From assembly GCA_028716725.1 (NCBI GenBank), contig JAQUPG010000002.1, positions 25,824 to 89,823 of the forward strand: a DNA stretch of 64,000 nucleotides, given 5' to 3'. This DNA is from Patescibacteria group bacterium (GTDB taxonomy: Bacteria; Patescibacteriota; Patescibacteriia; Patescibacteriales; JAQTRU01). Shown piece by piece: positions 46,097 to 55,205 of this stretch (position 1 is its first letter; each line of letters opens with the position of its first letter). The position numbers and the translations under genes are program-made. The notes under the pieces were generated by a model. It did not search any database. It saw nothing but the letters and a program-made list of their open reading frames with translations, and was not told the DNA's origin.

Positions 46097-47833
46097 TTAT
46101 TTTCTGCTTTTTATCTTTTCTTTTACTTCAGCAATAAATTTTTCTTTATCCACTTCTCTGGTCTTCTGCTCCCCGCGATCGCGCACGGCTAAATTGGCAG
46201 ATCCCATCTCTTTATCTCCGACCACCAAAACATAAGGGGTCTTTTCGCCCACCGCTTTCCTGATTTTATTGCCCACGGTTTCATTGCTTTTATCCACCTC
46301 CACTCTGACATCTTCTTTTCTAAAATCTCCAGCTAACTTTTGGCAAAATTCAATATGGCCTTCTCCGACGGAAATGATTTTAACCTGCACGGGAGCCAGC
46401 CAAACCGGAAAAGCGCCGGCGTAATGCTCAATCAAAATTCCGATAAAGCGTTCCAAGGACCCCATCAAAGCCCGATGGACTATTACTGGCTGTTTTTCTT
46501 TCCCCTCTTTATCTATATATTTTAAACTGAATTTTTCCGGCATGAAAAAATCTAACTGAATTGTGCCTGTCTGCCAGGTCCGGCCCAAGCTGTCTTTAAC
46601 ATGGATATCAATTTTTGGACCGTAAAAAGCCCCGTCTTTTTCTTTTAATCCGTATCCTATTTTATTTTTCTTTAAAGCGTTAGCTAGAGCTTTTTCCGCC
46701 TTGGCCCAGATTTTAGGATCACCCATGGCGTCGTCAGGCCGAGTGCTTAAAAATACTTCGGTTTTTAAGCCAAACGGCTCATATATTTCCTGCATAATCT
46801 TTAAAACCTCAGTCACTTCGTCTTCAATCATATCCTCGCTGATAAAAATATGGGCATCATCTTGGGTAATGTGCTGGACCCGCAAAAGGCCGTGCAGTTC
46901 TCCGGATTTTTCATTTCTATACACAATTCCCAATTCAGACCAGCGTAAAGGAAAATCCCGGTAGCTTCTTAAATCCTCTTTATAAACTAAAATCGCGCCC
47001 GGGCAATCCATCGGCCGTAAGGCCATTTTTCTGCCCTCATTGGAAGTAAAAAACATACTGTCTTTATAATGTTCATAATGGCCGGATTGCTTCCAAAGGC
47101 CAACGTCCAAAATATGGGGCAACTTTAATTCCGCATAACCGTGATTTCTCTGGATTTTCCGCCAACGCTCGGCCAAAGTGTTAAAAATAATATTGCCTTT
47201 GTCGTGCCAGAAAGGCATGCCCGGCGCTTCCTCGTGCATTGAGAATAAATCCAGTTCTTTGCCGATTTTCCTATGGTCTCTTTTTTCCGCTTCCGCCATC
47301 ATTTTTAAATAATCTTCCAGTTCTTTTTTAGATGCAAAAGCCGCGGCGTAAATCCGGGTAAGCATCGGCCTTTTTTCATCTCCGCGCCAATAAGCCCCGG
47401 CCAGTTTCGTTAATTTAAAACCGGAATTTTTCAGCTTGCCGCTTGAAACTAAATGCGGTCCGCGGCACAGATCAATAAAGTCTTCCAACTTATAATAACT
47501 GACTTTCTTTTCACCCTCGCTTTTAAAATCTTTTACCAGCTCCTGTTTATAAATTTGCCCTGATTTTTTCTCCTTGGCAATCGCTTCATCTATTTTCATT
47601 TCTGACCTTTCAAACTTTAAGTCTTTTTTTATAATCTCTTCCATTTTTTTCTCAATTTTTGCTAAATCTTCCTCGCTTACTTTCTCCTGGCCAAAGTCAA
47701 AATCATAATAAAATCCGTTCTCTATGGCCGGGCCGATAGCGAATTTTACTTTTGGCCAAAGCTGCCTAACAGCCGCGGCCATAACATGCGACAGCGAATG
47801 CCGCATAATCTCTAATTCTTTTTCTTTATCCAT
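46097..47833 (-). CDS. thrS: Threonine--tRNA ligase (no N-terminal TGS domain)
   Basis: RHSLSH, DLCRGPH, RDHRKIG, PMDCP, GAFYGPKID, GSLERF. Confidence 0.98.
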   Translation of the reverse strand: MDKEKELEIMRHSLSHVMAAAVRQLWPKVKFAIGPAIENGFYYDFDFGQEKVSEEDLAKIEKKMEEIIKKDLKFERSEMKIDEAIAKEKKSGQIYKQELVKDFKSEGEKKVSYYKLEDFIDLCRGPHLVSSGKLKNSGFKLTKLAGAYWRGDEKRPMLTRIYAAAFASKKELEDYLKMMAEAEKRDHRKIGKELDLFSMHEEAPGMPFWHDKGNIIFNTLAERWRKIQRNHGYAELKLPHILDVGLWKQSGHYEHYKDSMFFTSNEGRKMALRPMDCPGAILVYKEDLRSYRDFPLRWSELGIVYRNEKSGELHGLLRVQHITQDDAHIFISEDMIEDEVTEVLKIMQEIYEPFGLKTEVFLSTRPDDAMGDPKIWAKAEKALANALKKNKIGYGLKEKDGAFYGPKIDIHVKDSLGRTWQTGTIQLDFFMPEKFSLKYIDKEGKEKQPVIVHRALMGSLERFIGILIEHYAGAFPVWLAPVQVKIISVGEGHIEFCQKLAGDFRKEDVRVEVDKSNETVGNKIRKAVGEKTPYVLVVGDKEMGSANLAVRDRGEQKTREVDKEKFIAEVKEKIKSRK

Positions 47834-47844
47834 ATTTTTATATT

Positions 47845-48384
47845 TTAATTCTTATATTCTTTTCTCAAAATTCCCATAATAATCTCATCTAAATATTTTC
47901 CTCTTTTCATAATAGATTTTCTTTTTCTCCCTTCCTCTTTGAAGCCACATTTAGTATAACACTTGAATCCGGCTATATTGAGAGGATAAACAGACAACTC
48001 TACTCTATTTAATTTTAGTCTAGTAAAACAAAATTTTAAAACCGTCTTTAGGGTGTCGGTGCCATAACCCTGACCCCAATAACTTTTTTCGCCAATTACG
48101 ATCCCCCAAGTAGCTTTTTTATTTCTTTTTAAATCTAAATCGTGCAATCCCGTATCGCCAATATGTAGTCCTCCCATAGTATAAATAGACCACACTATTT
48201 TATTTTTATTCTTCCTAATATTTTTGATAATTTTTCTTTCCTTTTTTAAATTCAAATCCTTCCCTTCTACCCTTAAGAACCTAGTAACTTTAGAATCTTT
48301 AAACCAATGCAAAAAATTCTCAGCTTCGCTAACTTTTATCGGTTTAAGTATTACTTTTTCCCCTTTTAAAATTGGCCCAATCAT
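47845..48384 (-). CDS. GNAT N-acetyltransferase (RimJ/RimL family)
   Basis: YWGQGYGT acetyl-CoA motif, N..G.KCYTKCGFKEEG. Confidence 0.9.
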   Translation of the reverse strand: MIGPILKGEKVILKPIKVSEAENFLHWFKDSKVTRFLRVEGKDLNLKKERKIIKNIRKNKNKIVWSIYTMGGLHIGDTGLHDLDLKRNKKATWGIVIGEKSYWGQGYGTDTLKTVLKFCFTRLKLNRVELSVYPLNIAGFKCYTKCGFKEEGRKRKSIMKRGKYLDEIIMGILRKEYKN

Positions 48385-48416
48385 ATTATTCTTAATTCTA
48401 AATTCTTACTTCTTAA

Positions 48417-48608
48417 TTTAAAAACTCCGCCTCAATGCCTTAAAATAATTTAACGCACCGGGACGGAGTTTTTAATTCCGCGGTTCCACCCAGCTTGTCT
48501 CGCCTTTGGGCAAGACCTCTCTTCCCCTATCCCTCTGGTTTAGTCCCGGATACCCGGAATCCCGAATTTTCAGGACCATGGCTGGTAACCATAGCAATCA
48601 CCTTATGG
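48417..48608 (-). promoter_or_regulatory. T-box riboswitch (Thr), transcriptional
   Basis: Antiterminator CTGGG-TGGAACC-GCGGA...TCCGT-CCCGG, stem III GTCTTGCC-CAAA-GGCGAGAC, terminator AAAACTCCGTC...GGCGGAGTTTTT; upstream of GNAT-thrS. Confidence 0.9.
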
Positions 48609-48627
48609 ATAGTTATAATAAATTTTA

Positions 48628-49002
48628 TTAAGCGACATTTTTTATTCTTTCTATTTCATCCATCTCTTCCTCGAACACACTATTAATAAAGGCGGTACCC
48701 ATCTCGCTATGGACTTTTTCTCTTAATTCATCCCGGCTTAATTCATTATTGCTCGGCTCTAAAAAAGTATCAATGGTTATTATCCTGTTAAAAGCCTTCC
48801 AATGCGCATTATGAGTTTCTGAATTAGCCGGGAGGCTCTCTCTTAATAACTTTTGATCCTCATCATGTAAACTATCACGCTTAACTCTTAATTCATTCCT
48901 CCATTTTTCTTCGCTATCCTCCTGTCCTCTCTCTTGAGACTCATTTCCTTCGCTGGCAGACATATTTAGCCCTTTTTCCCCGGACCCAAAAAATTTAAAC
49001 AT
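48628..49002 (-). CDS. Hypothetical protein
   Basis: 124-aa acidic ORF co-oriented with its neighbours. Confidence 0.65.
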   Translation of the reverse strand: MFKFFGSGEKGLNMSASEGNESQERGQEDSEEKWRNELRVKRDSLHDEDQKLLRESLPANSETHNAHWKAFNRIITIDTFLEPSNNELSRDELREKVHSEMGTAFINSVFEEEMDEIERIKNVA

Positions 49003-49037
49003 ATATTTATTTCAATTATAAACTTTTCTTTAATTTT

Positions 49038-50483
49038 CTATTTCTTCATTTCTATTTTAATCCGATCCGCTAAATTCGGCACTTTATCTATAAAAGACGG
49101 GAAGAAATTAATTTCATAGCCGGCGATTTCCTTAAAGCCGCTTAAATAATCTTCTAATTGGGCGCGGGTTAAATTAACGATTTTCTGCCGGTCAATGATA
49201 TCGGCCCCGCCTTTTAAGCTCATTTTCCCCTCAAAAGTAGCATTAACCGTTGCCCGGCCCGTTTCTAGGTCAAAATTATTTAAAGTGTAATTTATCTCTT
49301 CGGGCTTAAATTCTATCAATTCCTTATTATCCGGCACTACTTCTTCTAATTTTCCTTTAGCCATTTTTCCGGCTTCGTCGCCGGAGAAAGCGACAATCGT
49401 TACCATCGCCTTCATGCTGACATCGAATTTATCCTTCTCTTCGCCCACCTTACCGTTGACCTCGGTGCTGATGGTATTTTCATCGACGCTGTAAATAACT
49501 TCATTATAACCCTTATAATTTTCCCCTAGTTCGTTTTTCGCTTTTTCCAAAAGGCTTCTTTTTAAATCCTTAATCGCCTGGTCAATGTCCGATTGCTGAA
49601 TATATTTTTTTGCCTGCTGCCCATAAACGAATTTCTCTTTGCTTTCCGCATAAATCTTATCCTGCAACCCGGCCCATAATCCCGGAATGGTGAATTTCGT
49701 CGGGCCGATAGCCATATCCGCGCTCACCTCATCGGCGTATATTTCCACTTCCTGCGACCCGCCTGCCGGCACATTGATTGTGTTTTTTATCCGGAAAAGT
49801 TTATTGTCCGGAGACAGCAATCTCGTTGTCGCCACCAAGGGCTGATTCTTATTGTAATTATTTATAACCGTAACCTTTCCGGTCACTTCTTCGCCGATCT
49901 TTTCCGACCCGCTGGCGGAATAGGTATTTTTTTCCTCAATGCTGGTTTGTTCCACGATGCCGGTTAACGATTTCCCCGGTACGGCCGGCTCGCTCCCGTT
50001 TCCATAGATATCTATAGCCAAACTGTCGCTTAATCTTTCCTGCGCCGGTATTAAAACAATATTTAACTTTACAAAAGAAAAATAAAAAATAACACCTAGC
50101 AAAACAACGGTTAAAACAATAAAACTCACGGCTATTTTTCGGTATAAATTTATTTTTGGGGAATTCATATTTTTTTTCGCCTCTTTTCCGGCCGGTCCGC
50201 CCAAACTCGGCGAAGCTGAGACAGCCTCGCTCGCCTTACTTTGCCTGCCTCGCTCTGCGGGCAAGGCTGGCGGCCGAAGCGGGCTTGGTTCTAATTTTTT
50301 AAAATTTTTATTCTGCTTTTTAAAGTTATAGCCAGTATTAACTGCAGAGGAAGAAGACGGCCGGAGAACTTTACCTATTTTGGGGAGAGGCTTAGCCTCT
50401 TTTTCAATAATTACAGGAACGACCTCTTTTTTGGCTTTATCTGGGAGAGAAGATTTCCCTGTTTTTTTCTTCGCTCTTGGCAT
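49038..50483 (-). CDS. Single-pass membrane protein with baseplate J-like domain (CPR-type)
   Basis: TM near aa 116-138, GKVTVINNYNKNQPLVATTRLLS, FTIPGLWAGLQ. Confidence 0.7.
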   Translation of the reverse strand: MPRAKKKTGKSSLPDKAKKEVVPVIIEKEAKPLPKIGKVLRPSSSSAVNTGYNFKKQNKNFKKLEPSPLRPPALPAERGRQSKASEAVSASPSLGGPAGKEAKKNMNSPKINLYRKIAVSFIVLTVVLLGVIFYFSFVKLNIVLIPAQERLSDSLAIDIYGNGSEPAVPGKSLTGIVEQTSIEEKNTYSASGSEKIGEEVTGKVTVINNYNKNQPLVATTRLLSPDNKLFRIKNTINVPAGGSQEVEIYADEVSADMAIGPTKFTIPGLWAGLQDKIYAESKEKFVYGQQAKKYIQQSDIDQAIKDLKRSLLEKAKNELGENYKGYNEVIYSVDENTISTEVNGKVGEEKDKFDVSMKAMVTIVAFSGDEAGKMAKGKLEEVVPDNKELIEFKPEEINYTLNNFDLETGRATVNATFEGKMSLKGGADIIDRQKIVNLTRAQLEDYLSGFKEIAGYEINFFPSFIDKVPNLADRIKIEMKK

Positions 50484-50534
50484 AATACCTCCTTATTTTA
50501 AAAACTAAAATATATTATTAATATAACAAACTTT

Positions 50535-53500
50535 TTATTTTTTGTCTACAACCTCCAGGCTGTCGCCGAATAAACCAATTATTTCCTCCCTTAAATAATA
50601 ATTGTTGTTCACGCGAAAACTCGTTTCCATTACGTTCCTCCCCCCGGCCTGCTTAACTATAAAATAAACTTTATCTTCTCCCCTGTTCTTTAAAAATATC
50701 CCCTTGAGTTCTAGAAGCTCTTCGGAATTCAAACTCTTTTTAAATAACAGCCCCAAAGGCCGGCTGATAGCTTTAGAAGGAGAAGGAACCGCTGTCTGGC
50801 TGGCGAATTTTTCCCTGCGGCCGCTTAAGTTATTTCCGCCTTTTCCCCGGGTAAAACCGTTATTAACCGCTATTTTTTTAAAATTATTCAGGGAATTTTC
50901 AATGGTTTCTAAAATTAATTCTTCGGCTTTATTGGCTAATAATTTTATTTCCCGGTCTTTGGTAGATATCTTCCCCTGGCAGATAACCGCTTTCCCTTCC
51001 TGCCAGATATGGCCGGTTTCCTTTAATAAGCGCGGAAACACTAAAATTTCCACATTGCTTATCGCATCCTCTATCTTAACAAAAAACATTGATTCGTTTG
51101 TGCGGGTAATTATTTTTTTTATGCCGGTAACTATGCCGGAAACATTAACCAGTTCGCCATTTCCGTTTTGGCCGGAAGAAAGATTCACTTCTCCATCAGG
51201 GCCGAAATCCTCTAACAAGGCCGATTGCAATTGGGCTAAGGGGGTAATTGTATCCAGTAAATATTTTTCATAGCTGGAAAACGGATGTTCAGTAATATAA
51301 AAGCCCAATAATTCCTTTTCCCAATTAAGCTTTTCCCGTTCTTGGGCCGGCGGAGCCGGGGCCATTCTTGTCCCGTTTCCTCTTTCTAAATTAGGGGAGT
51401 CAATAAATAGACTGTTTTGTTTGCTCCCCTTGGCCTTACTTATCTCCTTATTAAAGATAAGCAGGCCGTCAATATTGGCAAGCATCTGCCCCCGCTCCCC
51501 GAATTGGTCTAACCCTCCGCTTTTTATAAGGCTTTCCAGGGATTTCTTATTTAAATCCTTGTCAGTCACCCTGGTTAAAAAATCAAAAATATCTTTGTAA
51601 GGCCCGTTCGCTTTTCTTTCTTTTATAATCATTTCCACGATATGCTCGCCGACATTCTTCACGGCTCTTAAGCCAAAACGGATAGTCTTAACTTCTTCAT
51701 CCTCCCCGACCGCCCGGTTGGTTTTCGTGCCGCTGGTAACGACGGTAAAAGAAGCAAAAGATTCGTTTATATCGGGCGGCATGATCTTAATTCCCATTTT
51801 CCGGCATTCTTCAATCTCAATGGTAATTCTGTCCGTATTCTGCTGGTCGGAAGTTAGCAGAGCGGCCATAAACTCCGCCGGCCAATGAGCTTTTAAATAA
51901 GCGGTCTGATAGCCGATTAAAGCATAGCAGGCGGCGTGGCTCCTGTTAAAGCCATAGCCGGCGAACGGCTCAATAAAGGAAAAAATCTTTTCCGCCTGCT
52001 CCTTGGCAATGCCGTTCTTCACGCAGCCGTCAACAAATTTTTCCCTTTGTCTGGCCAGTAATTCTAAAATCTTTTTCCCGACGGCTTTTCTTAAAACATC
52101 CGCCTCGGCCATGGAAAACCCAGCCAAGCTTTTAGCGATTTCCATAACCTGTTCCTGGTAAATCGCCACGCCGTAGGTTTTAGAAAGGATCGGTTCCAGC
52201 TTAGGGTGAAGGTAGGAAACTTTTTTGCGCTTATGCTTCCCGCTGATATAATCGTCTATCCATTCCATCGGGCCGGGCCGATACAGGGCCACCATGGCGA
52301 TAATATCTTCAAATTCCGTGGGTTTAAGCTCGCGCAAATATCGCTTCATGCCGGAAGATTCAAATTGGAAGACTCCCGTTGTTTCCCCGGCTTGAAATAA
52401 CTCATAAGTCTTTTTGTCACTCAAAGGGATACTATCGATATTGATTTCAAGGCCGCGAGTATTTTTTATGATTTTTATGGCCGACTCGATAATCGTCAAG
52501 TTTTTAAGCCCTAAAAAATCCATCTTTAAGAGGCCCAAGTCCTCAATCGGATGCAGGCTGTACTGGGAAACAATGCTCTTATCGGAAGAAGAAGCGTATT
52601 GCAAGGGCACATAATTTACTAAAGGCTCTTTAGTAATAAGGACCCCGCAAGCATGGGTAGAGGCGTGCCGAGCCACGCCCTCTAAACGTTTGGCATAATT
52701 AATAATCCGCCGGGCCGCTTCTTCGTTTTTATATATTTCTTTTAACTCATCAACATTTTTAAGGGCCTCATCAATTTTAAAAAACATCGGGATCATCTTG
52801 GCTAATTTATCGCAATAGTCATAAGGGTAATCAAGAACCCGGCCGACATCGCGCACAGCCGCTCTGGCCGCCATCGTCCCGAAAGTTATGATCTGGGCGA
52901 CATGGTCCTGGCCGTATTTTTCTTCCACATAACGGATTACCTCATCCCGCCCGGTATCGGCAAAATCCATATCTATATCCGGCATGGAGATACGGTCAGG
53001 ATTTAAAAAACGCTCAAACAGCAAATCGTATTTTAAGGGATCAAGGTTGGTTATGCCCGTCAGATAACAGACTAAGGAACCGGCCGCTGAGCCGCGCCCC
53101 GGCCCGACGACAATCCCATTGTCTTTCGCCCAATTAACGAAATCCGCCACAATCAAAAAATAAGAAGAAAAGCCCACTTTTTCAATTACGGATAATTCAT
53201 AATCCATCCTCTCTCTTATGGCTTTGCTGGCTTCATCGTAACTTTTTCCGTATCTTTTGGAGAGCCCCTGCCGGCACAAATGCCCTAAATAATTTATTTC
53301 ATTATAGCCCTCCGGCACCTCAAAAAAGGGAAGGGTAATATCGCCTAAATTAATATTCACTTCGCAAGCGGCCGCAATTTTTTCCGTATTGGCAATCGCT
53401 TCCGGCGCCTCGCGAAAAGCTTCAATTATTTCCCGGCCCGGCCGCAAAGAATAGTCGACGCCGGTCATATTCATCCGGTCGCTGTCTTCTTTCTTTTTTT

Positions 53501-54179
53501 TATTCTGCAGGCAAAGAAGAATATCCTGGGCTTCGTCATCTTCCTTTTTTAAATAATGGACATCATTGGTGGCAATCAAGGGGACCCCCAATTCCCGGGA
53601 AAATTCAATCAATTTCTTATTAACTTCGGCTTGGCCGGGAAGATTAGGATGATCCTGCAGTTCCAGATAAAAATTATCCTGTCCGAAAAGCTCATTATAT
53701 TCCTCAATTCTTTGCCGGGCTTTTTCCGGCTTGCCTGATAAAATCAGATGGGGTATTTCTCCGCCCAGACAGGCGGTAGCGGCAATCAGGCCGTCATGAT
53801 ATTTTTCTAAAACTTCCCAGTCTATTCTCGGCTTATAATAGAACCCTTCCAGATGGCCGATGGTCGTGAGCTTTATTAAATTTTTGTAGCCCTCATTATT
53901 TTTCGCCAAGAGAATGAGATGGTAATAATGTTCATCCGCTCTGGAATTTTTGTCAAAACGGGATTTTGGCGCGAGATAGGCTTCAACTCCAATGATCGGC
54001 TTTATCCCGGCCTTCTTGCATTTCTGGTAAAATTCAATTGCCCCATACATAACCCCGTGGTCAGTCAAAGCCAAAGCTTCGGCTCCGTCTTCTTTGGCCG
54101 CGGCCACGAGTTCATCTATCTTGGTTAAGCCGTCAAGCAAAGAATAATGGCTATGGAGATGGAGATGGACAAATTTCAT
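50535..54179 (-). CDS. dnaE: DNA polymerase III alpha subunit
   Basis: HLHLHSHYSLLDG PHP domain, GPGRGSAAGSLV, MPDIDMDF, GYGFNRSHAACY. Confidence 0.98.
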   Translation of the reverse strand: MKFVHLHLHSHYSLLDGLTKIDELVAAAKEDGAEALALTDHGVMYGAIEFYQKCKKAGIKPIIGVEAYLAPKSRFDKNSRADEHYYHLILLAKNNEGYKNLIKLTTIGHLEGFYYKPRIDWEVLEKYHDGLIAATACLGGEIPHLILSGKPEKARQRIEEYNELFGQDNFYLELQDHPNLPGQAEVNKKLIEFSRELGVPLIATNDVHYLKKEDDEAQDILLCLQNKKKKEDSDRMNMTGVDYSLRPGREIIEAFREAPEAIANTEKIAAACEVNINLGDITLPFFEVPEGYNEINYLGHLCRQGLSKRYGKSYDEASKAIRERMDYELSVIEKVGFSSYFLIVADFVNWAKDNGIVVGPGRGSAAGSLVCYLTGITNLDPLKYDLLFERFLNPDRISMPDIDMDFADTGRDEVIRYVEEKYGQDHVAQIITFGTMAARAAVRDVGRVLDYPYDYCDKLAKMIPMFFKIDEALKNVDELKEIYKNEEAARRIINYAKRLEGVARHASTHACGVLITKEPLVNYVPLQYASSSDKSIVSQYSLHPIEDLGLLKMDFLGLKNLTIIESAIKIIKNTRGLEINIDSIPLSDKKTYELFQAGETTGVFQFESSGMKRYLRELKPTEFEDIIAMVALYRPGPMEWIDDYISGKHKRKKVSYLHPKLEPILSKTYGVAIYQEQVMEIAKSLAGFSMAEADVLRKAVGKKILELLARQREKFVDGCVKNGIAKEQAEKIFSFIEPFAGYGFNRSHAACYALIGYQTAYLKAHWPAEFMAALLTSDQQNTDRITIEIEECRKMGIKIMPPDINESFASFTVVTSGTKTNRAVGEDEEVKTIRFGLRAVKNVGEHIVEMIIKERKANGPYKDIFDFLTRVTDKDLNKKSLESLIKSGGLDQFGERGQMLANIDGLLIFNKEISKAKGSKQNSLFIDSPNLERGNGTRMAPAPPAQEREKLNWEKELLGFYITEHPFSSYEKYLLDTITPLAQLQSALLEDFGPDGEVNLSSGQNGNGELVNVSGIVTGIKKIITRTNESMFFVKIEDAISNVEILVFPRLLKETGHIWQEGKAVICQGKISTKDREIKLLANKAEELILETIENSLNNFKKIAVNNGFTRGKGGNNLSGRREKFASQTAVPSPSKAISRPLGLLFKKSLNSEELLELKGIFLKNRGEDKVYFIVKQAGGRNVMETSFRVNNNYYLREEIIGLFGDSLEVVDKK

Positions 54180-54188
54180 AATCTTATT

Positions 54189-54395
54189 GTCATTCCGGGC
54201 TTGACCCGGAATCCATTTTAATCCTTATTTCACCTATTATCATACCTAAGAAAAAGGGGGTTGGCAAATGAAAAAAATTTTCAATTTTAGCCACAATAAA
54301 AATACCCTCCTTGTAAAGGAGGGAGGGGGAGGTTAAGGTTCATAAAATCTAACCCCTTTGGCAGGGTCACAGTCCCTTTTCAGGAGACTGTGACC
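54189..54395. repeat. Three different REP-like palindromes between dnaE and uppP
   Basis: GTCATTCCGGGCTTGACCCGGAATCCA (54189), CCCTCCTTGTAAAGGAGGG (54305), GGTCACAGTC..GACTGTGACC (54365). Confidence 0.7.
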
Positions 54396-54416
54396 GGGCT
54401 AACTTATACTCGAAAT

Positions 54417-55187
54417 CTAGCACCAAAGCCAGGCTAAAATTATTAATCCTAAAATTATCCGATAAACTCCAAAATAGAAAAAATTATATTTAGTGATAAA
54501 TTTCAGGAAAAATTTCACACCAGCCAGGGCGGCAAAAAAAGAAACTAAAAAACCGACTAAAAGCGCTTCAAGTTCCCCGCCAGAAAAATTAAATCCGGTT
54601 TTAATTAAATCATACCCGGTTGCCGCCAGCATCGTCGGAACAGCCAGCAAAAAAGAGAATTCCACGATGGCCCGGCGGGAAAGCTTTAAAGACAAACCGC
54701 CGATAATCGTGGCGGCCGCCCGAGAAACTCCGGGAATCACCGCGACCGACTGGCACAAGCCGATTAAAAAAGCCTTTTTATAAGTAATTAAATCGCTCCC
54801 GTTATCCGCGGTTCTTTTGCTCTTGCCCGCCTCAAAAATAATAATAATTATTCCGCCCAGGAGCAAAGCCAAGGCGATAACCGAAAGGCTCTCCATTAAA
54901 AAATTCTTTATAATCTGGTAAAAAATAAAACCGACCACGGCGGTCGGCAAAAAAGCTACAATTATTTTTTTTAAATAGTCCAAATCTTTTAAAAATTTTT
55001 GCCAATACAAAACCATGACAGCCAGAATCGCACCCAATTGGATGATAATTTCAAAACTTTTGGCAAATTCAGTTTGGCCGATCGCCAAAAGCCTGGCCGC
55101 GATTATTAGATGGGCGGTTGAAGAAATGGGCAAGAACTCGGTCAAACCCTCAACGATGCCCAAAACTATACTTTGAATAAAATCCAT
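54417..55187 (-). CDS. uppP: Undecaprenyl-diphosphate phosphatase
   Basis: GIVEGLTEFLPISSTAH, IQLGAILAV, PGVSR. Confidence 0.97.
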   Translation of the reverse strand: MDFIQSIVLGIVEGLTEFLPISSTAHLIIAARLLAIGQTEFAKSFEIIIQLGAILAVMVLYWQKFLKDLDYLKKIIVAFLPTAVVGFIFYQIIKNFLMESLSVIALALLLGGIIIIIFEAGKSKRTADNGSDLITYKKAFLIGLCQSVAVIPGVSRAAATIIGGLSLKLSRRAIVEFSFLLAVPTMLAATGYDLIKTGFNFSGGELEALLVGFLVSFFAALAGVKFFLKFITKYNFFYFGVYRIILGLIILAWLWC

Positions 55188-55205
55188 GGAGTTAAATGTT
55201 AATTG

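Noticed and set aside
49038-50483. Prophage or contractile injection system from the baseplate J-like gene
   Set aside because: A single membrane-anchored gene among housekeeping genes, with no other phage structural genes.
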